Assembly (NCBI GenBank): GCA_964458565.1
Contig: CAYWJO010000011.1
Span: 16,318 to 80,317 of the forward strand
Origin: an uncultured archaeon
Lineage (GTDB): Archaea; Asgardarchaeota; Thorarchaeia; Thorarchaeales; Thorarchaeaceae
DNA: 64,000 nucleotides
Reading direction: 5' to 3'
Shown here in pieces: positions 60,151 to 64,000 of the stretch (within the stretch, counting starts at the first letter, position 1; each line of letters begins with the position of its first letter). Under the pieces are notes generated by a model. The model worked only from the letters and a program-made list of their open reading frames with translations. It searched no databases and was not told the origin of the DNA. A program made the position numbers and the translations under genes.

Positions 60151-62342
60151 TATATGAATCCGGGTGGTTGAACTGCTTGTACTGAGGTCTTTCGTAAATC
60201 TTGATTCATTCGTTCAAATCTATCGAGGGCATCTGGAGTTACTGAAGGATGTATAGATTCTCTAGCTTCTTCAAAGTGTTTCATCGACACGAATTCGATA
60301 TTTTCGTCTTCTCTCAAAGCACGCATTCCTGCTTCTCTGCACAACGCCTCGATATCTCCACCGACGTAATATTCGGTCATCTGGACCAACATCTCTCTAC
60401 TGACATCTTCGGCAATGGGCATTTCTTTCATGTAGATATCGAATATCTCTTTTCGACTATCAGCATCTGGTGCCCCAACATAGACGAATCTGTCGAATCT
60501 ACCTGTTCGTATTAGTGCCCTATCTATGAGATCTGGTCGGTTGGTGGCTGCAATCACAACAATATCTTTTGTTGATTCAAGGCCGTCCATCTCTGTAAGA
60601 AGCTGGCTAATCACACGCTCTGTGACATGACTATCTCCAGAACTACGTCCTCGCATAGGTGCAATGGCATCGATCTCATCGAAGAAGATAATTGATGGTG
60701 CTGCAGTTCTTGCCTTTCGAAATACTTCTCGAACTGCTTTTTCACTCTCTCCAACCCATTTTGAGAGTAATTCCGGACCTTTCACACTGATGAAGTTTGC
60801 TTCACTCTCAGTAGCAACAGCTCTTGCTAGAAGTGTCTTTCCGCAACCAGGAGGTCCAAAAACTAACACTCCTTTGGGAGGTGTTATTCCAATTCTCTTA
60901 AAGGATTCAGGTTTCTTGAGTGGCCATTCAACAACTTCAATGAGTTCTTGTTTAACATCTAGAAGTCCACCAATATCGGACCAATGTACATCAGGCACTT
61001 CAATGAAAACCTCTCTCACCGCCGATGGTTGAATTTCTCTCAGAGCTCCTACAAAGTCGTTATTATTAACTTCCAACTTATCAAGAACTTCCGGTGGTAT
61101 TTCTTCCTCCTCGAGGTTTATCTGTGGTAAATATCTACGTAAAGCTTTCATTGCCGCTTCTCTGCATAGAGCTGATAGGTCAGCTCCTACAAAACCGTGA
61201 GTTCTCTTCGCAAGACTCTCTAATACTACTTTATTGTCACCCTCAGTCGTGAGCGGCATGCCTCTTGTATGGATATGTAACACCTCAAGACGTCCAACTT
61301 CATCCGGAACTCCAATCTCAATCTCACGATCGAATCTACCAGGTCTTCTCAAAGCGGGGTCCAATGCGTTGACCCGATTAGTCGCTCCGATGACTATAAC
61401 CTGTCCTCTTGCCTTCAGACCATCCATGGTTGCTAGTAGTTGAGCAACGACTCTACGCTCCACCTCTCCTTGGACATCCTCTCGTTTCGGTGCTATAGCA
61501 TCCAATTCATCGATGAAGATAATACTTGGGGAATTTTCTTCTGCTTCTTCGAAGATTTTTCTCAACTTTTGTTCGGACTCACCATAAAACTTGGACATGA
61601 TTTCTGGACCATTGATGTGAATGAAATTGGCCTCTGATTCACCAGCAACCGCCTTAGCAAGCAAAGTCTTTCCAGTCCCTGGAGGGCCATGCAATATCAA
61701 ACCTCTTGGAGGATCAATTCCAAGGCGTTTGAATATCTCAGGATGTCGCATTGGTAATTCAACCATTTCTCGGATTCGTTGAATTTCGTCTGATAATCCT
61801 CCTATCTCTTCGTAGGTTACCTGAGCAGAACCAACTACGTCTCCAGTGGGTTTCTCAGCTATAGTTAGAATTGTTGAATGCTGAACTACTACAGTACCAC
61901 CTGGTTTTAACGATGTGACCTTGAACGGAATTGCTCTACCTAGGATTGGAATGAACACAGTATCTTGAAGTGTAACGGGACAATTCAATAATTTTCGTTT
62001 AACAAATTCCTCAAATCTGGGTTCGGGTCGAATTGGTACTGATGTAGGTGCAAGAGTGACATTTCGGGCAGGTTCTTCATTAGCTTTTGCGACCTCAACT
62101 TTCTCACTCAAGCTTACTCCTGCATTTCTGCGAATACGTCCATCCATACGGATTATTTCGCGCCCTTTGTCTCCCTGATATGCTGGCCATGCAATCGCTG
62201 CGGTAGCACGCTTCCCTTTAATTTGAATAATATCTCCAGTACGTACTCCGAGTTTTTCCATGGACATAGCATCGATTCGTACAATGAATCTACCGATGTC
62301 CCTATGTTCGGCCTCTGCAACTTTTAAGATAATTGAAACCAA
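60150..62342 (-). CDS. cdc48: CDC48/VCP-family AAA+ ATPase
   Basis: N-domain plus two AAA modules ([16 protein letters not shown]). The likely start is TTG at 62342. Confidence 0.96.
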   Translation of the reverse strand: MVSIILKVAEAEHRDIGRFIVRIDAMSMEKLGVRTGDIIQIKGKRATAAIAWPAYQGDKGREIIRMDGRIRRNAGVSLSEKVEVAKANEEPARNVTLAPTSVPIRPEPRFEEFVKRKLLNCPVTLQDTVFIPILGRAIPFKVTSLKPGGTVVVQHSTILTIAEKPTGDVVGSAQVTYEEIGGLSDEIQRIREMVELPMRHPEIFKRLGIDPPRGLILHGPPGTGKTLLAKAVAGESEANFIHINGPEIMSKFYGESEQKLRKIFEEAEENSPSIIFIDELDAIAPKREDVQGEVERRVVAQLLATMDGLKARGQVIVIGATNRVNALDPALRRPGRFDREIEIGVPDEVGRLEVLHIHTRGMPLTTEGDNKVVLESLAKRTHGFVGADLSALCREAAMKALRRYLPQINLEEEEIPPEVLDKLEVNNNDFVGALREIQPSAVREVFIEVPDVHWSDIGGLLDVKQELIEVVEWPLKKPESFKRIGITPPKGVLVFGPPGCGKTLLARAVATESEANFISVKGPELLSKWVGESEKAVREVFRKARTAAPSIIFFDEIDAIAPMRGRSSGDSHVTERVISQLLTEMDGLESTKDIVVIAATNRPDLIDRALIRTGRFDRFVYVGAPDADSRKEIFDIYMKEMPIAEDVSREMLVQMTEYYVGGDIEALCREAGMRALREDENIEFVSMKHFEEARESIHPSVTPDALDRFERMNQDLRKTSVQAVQPPGFI

Positions 62343-62493
62343 TGTTTGGCCACAGCCTCCAATATGCAAGTCTGAATATTCAGAACGAGGACTGACATTC
62401 GCAGTAAGACAATGCCGTCATGCTTCCCGCTCATTTATCCGTTAATGAGTGTTTTCCTGCGGATATAGAATCTATTTTCTTACATCTTTTTTG

Positions 62494-62583
62494 GTGAGTA
62501 AACCCAAACTGCAAGAAACTTCTGTGTTCCGCCCCTCTCATGCCAGTGTCACCACCTCTCAGCACCCAGTGGATTCTGAGATT
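62494..62583 (-). ncRNA. Putative omega-RNA 3' scaffold / IS right end of the tnpB-like element
   Basis: Directly downstream of the tnpB-like stop, ends in TCAC, and is homologous to 28553-28649. Confidence 0.55.
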
Positions 62584-62603
62584 AGCACGAGCATTGTCTG
62601 TCA

Positions 62604-63146
62604 TCATCGAGATGGTATCCCTCCCACAGACCTGACTTCCTTCTCCTGTTGTTTATCTAGGTCATCACTCCCAGCGACAGCGAGGTCTACCACAGTTTTT
62701 ACCACGGTGGGATCTTTATCACCTTTCTTGACCTTATCGCTAAATTCAAGAAGACTCGCATGAGCATGGTGAACAGCCGCGGACTCTCCAGGACCTGATG
62801 CTGGTCCCTTTTCAGAGAGTAGGGACTTCTCTCCAGAAGGCGACTTCTTTTGAGCTTTCAGTCGTGAGCACTTCCCTGCTCGTTGAACAGCGTCAGCCCA
62901 CTTACCTAGTCCCCTCACTTCATGTAGTAATGGAGTGAGCGTAATGAGGCGTGCAGCAATGTTAATGGCTCCGTTCCTGTCAGTAAGAGAAAATCTCTGA
63001 GAGAAGACCCATCTGGGAATCCTCCTTGTACCATTGATGGCACATGGTCTTGAAACTCTCTTTCCTCTCTTTTTTCGAAGTTCGAGATAGCTCTCATAAA
63101 GAGCTACAGCAGTCTGTCTACATTCCTGTAATTCATTGCTGGAAAT
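62604..63146 (-). pseudogene. tnpB: Internally deleted TnpB-like nuclease (IS200/IS605/IS607-type) remnant
   Basis: A stop-to-stop frame joins an N-terminal-type helix (ELQECRQTAVALYESYLELRKKRGKRVSRP) to the RuvC-III motif DRNGAINIAAR (D at 62981) and a long tail. There is no start codon upstream of these motifs, and no RuvC-I/II or zinc finger. Confidence 0.65.
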
Positions 63147-64000
63147 TCAAGGAAATCTTAGTTCATCGGACCAGATTATTCGCTGTTACTACGGAGATAT
63201 GGGTGCTGATGCAGCTGATGATATGAGCGATGGTTATGCCACCTTTCCGTTGTTTGATGACTTCAGCGGAACCTCTCTTGATGAGGGAATCTGGATTACT
63301 GGCGTGAATGTCGCAGTGTGAATACTGCAGAGTTCTGGGTGGAAGTTCAAGATGACCTTGATACCTCACAGGACATATATGTCTACTATGGGTTTGATGG
63401 CGCAGTGAGTGTCAGTGATGGGGATGCCACCTTCATCTTCTTCGATGATTTTGAGGATCAGGGCTTCGAAGAGTGGGATACCAATGACGGAGAGAGTTGG
63501 GACATTGTTGATGATGTAGTCAAACAGGGCGATTATGCGGCATACTGTGCAGGGGGAGTTTCCAGCAGAACACTGGTGGCTGACCTTGATGACATCGCAC
63601 ATGGAATCATGCTTCATGCATGGACAAGAGCCGCATCTTCACTGGCATATGCAGGATGGCCAGGATGGGGTGCCGGAACCTCTGATGCAGGCCCCCTCAA
63701 GGGCTTTTACTCTCTCAGTCTGTACAGTAATTTCATCCGGTATTACCAGGGTTCGTATACTCCCTGGCCGCAGAACAGCCTGTACTCGGTGAATACATGG
63801 TACGAACTCGAGTTGGGAATGAATCCCAACACGGATAAACAACGAGCATGGAGGAATGGGGCCTACATGGGTGAGATCGCTCTGAAGGCCGCTGATGGGA
63901 CAAGCACGTTTGCAACGTTTCAGGAGTTGAGGTTGAGCTCTGGGTCTCATACTGGCAAGGACATATGGATTGACGACTACTATGTCAGAAAATATGTGGA
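63136..64000 (+). pseudogene. Fragments of a DUF2341-type repeat surface protein; runs off the window
   Basis: Fragment 1 (63136-63321): IRCYYG..ATFPLFDDF. Fragment 2 (63318-64000, different frame): AEFWVEV..IYVYYG..ATFIFFDDFE...IDDYYVRKY. Confidence 0.65.

Noticed and set aside
62915-63097. 60-aa ORF-track protein
   Set aside because: It is an alternative frame over the tnpB remnant; the recognisable motifs are in the 63146-62604 frame.

Overview
Gene-dense archaeal chromosome segment, most likely from an Asgard archaeon (Thorarchaeia-like). This is inferred from gene content: eS8/eL33/uL16, SRP54, A-type ATPase, Hef, Cdc48, four roadblock proteins, a Sec23/24-like protein and a PCI-like protein. 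Most of the window is housekeeping or anaerobic metabolism: thiol:fumarate reductase, HypA/HypE, Smc-ScpAB, ADP-forming acyl-CoA synthetase, DHS, GlmU, DeoC, AOR and RibL. Highlights: (1) a cluster at 17.6-21.9 kb with a Sec23/24-like zinc-finger/vWA protein, an MglA-type GTPase and four roadblock proteins; (2) an internally deleted TnpB-like gene at 62.6-63.1 kb followed by a ~90-nt noncoding element ending in TCAC, with a diverged orphan copy of that element at 28.55-28.65 kb inside a repeat-bounded hsdM remnant (candidate omega-RNA/right end); (3) a 122-nt structured minus-strand RNA candidate with a TATA-like box at 45.6-45.7 kb; (4) a protein apparently made of four AAA+-lid-like repeats with no ATPase core; (5) DeoC with a two-CxxC tail next to AOR. 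No rRNA, canonical tRNA or CRISPR array was recognised. All family calls come from recognising motifs by eye, not from database searches.
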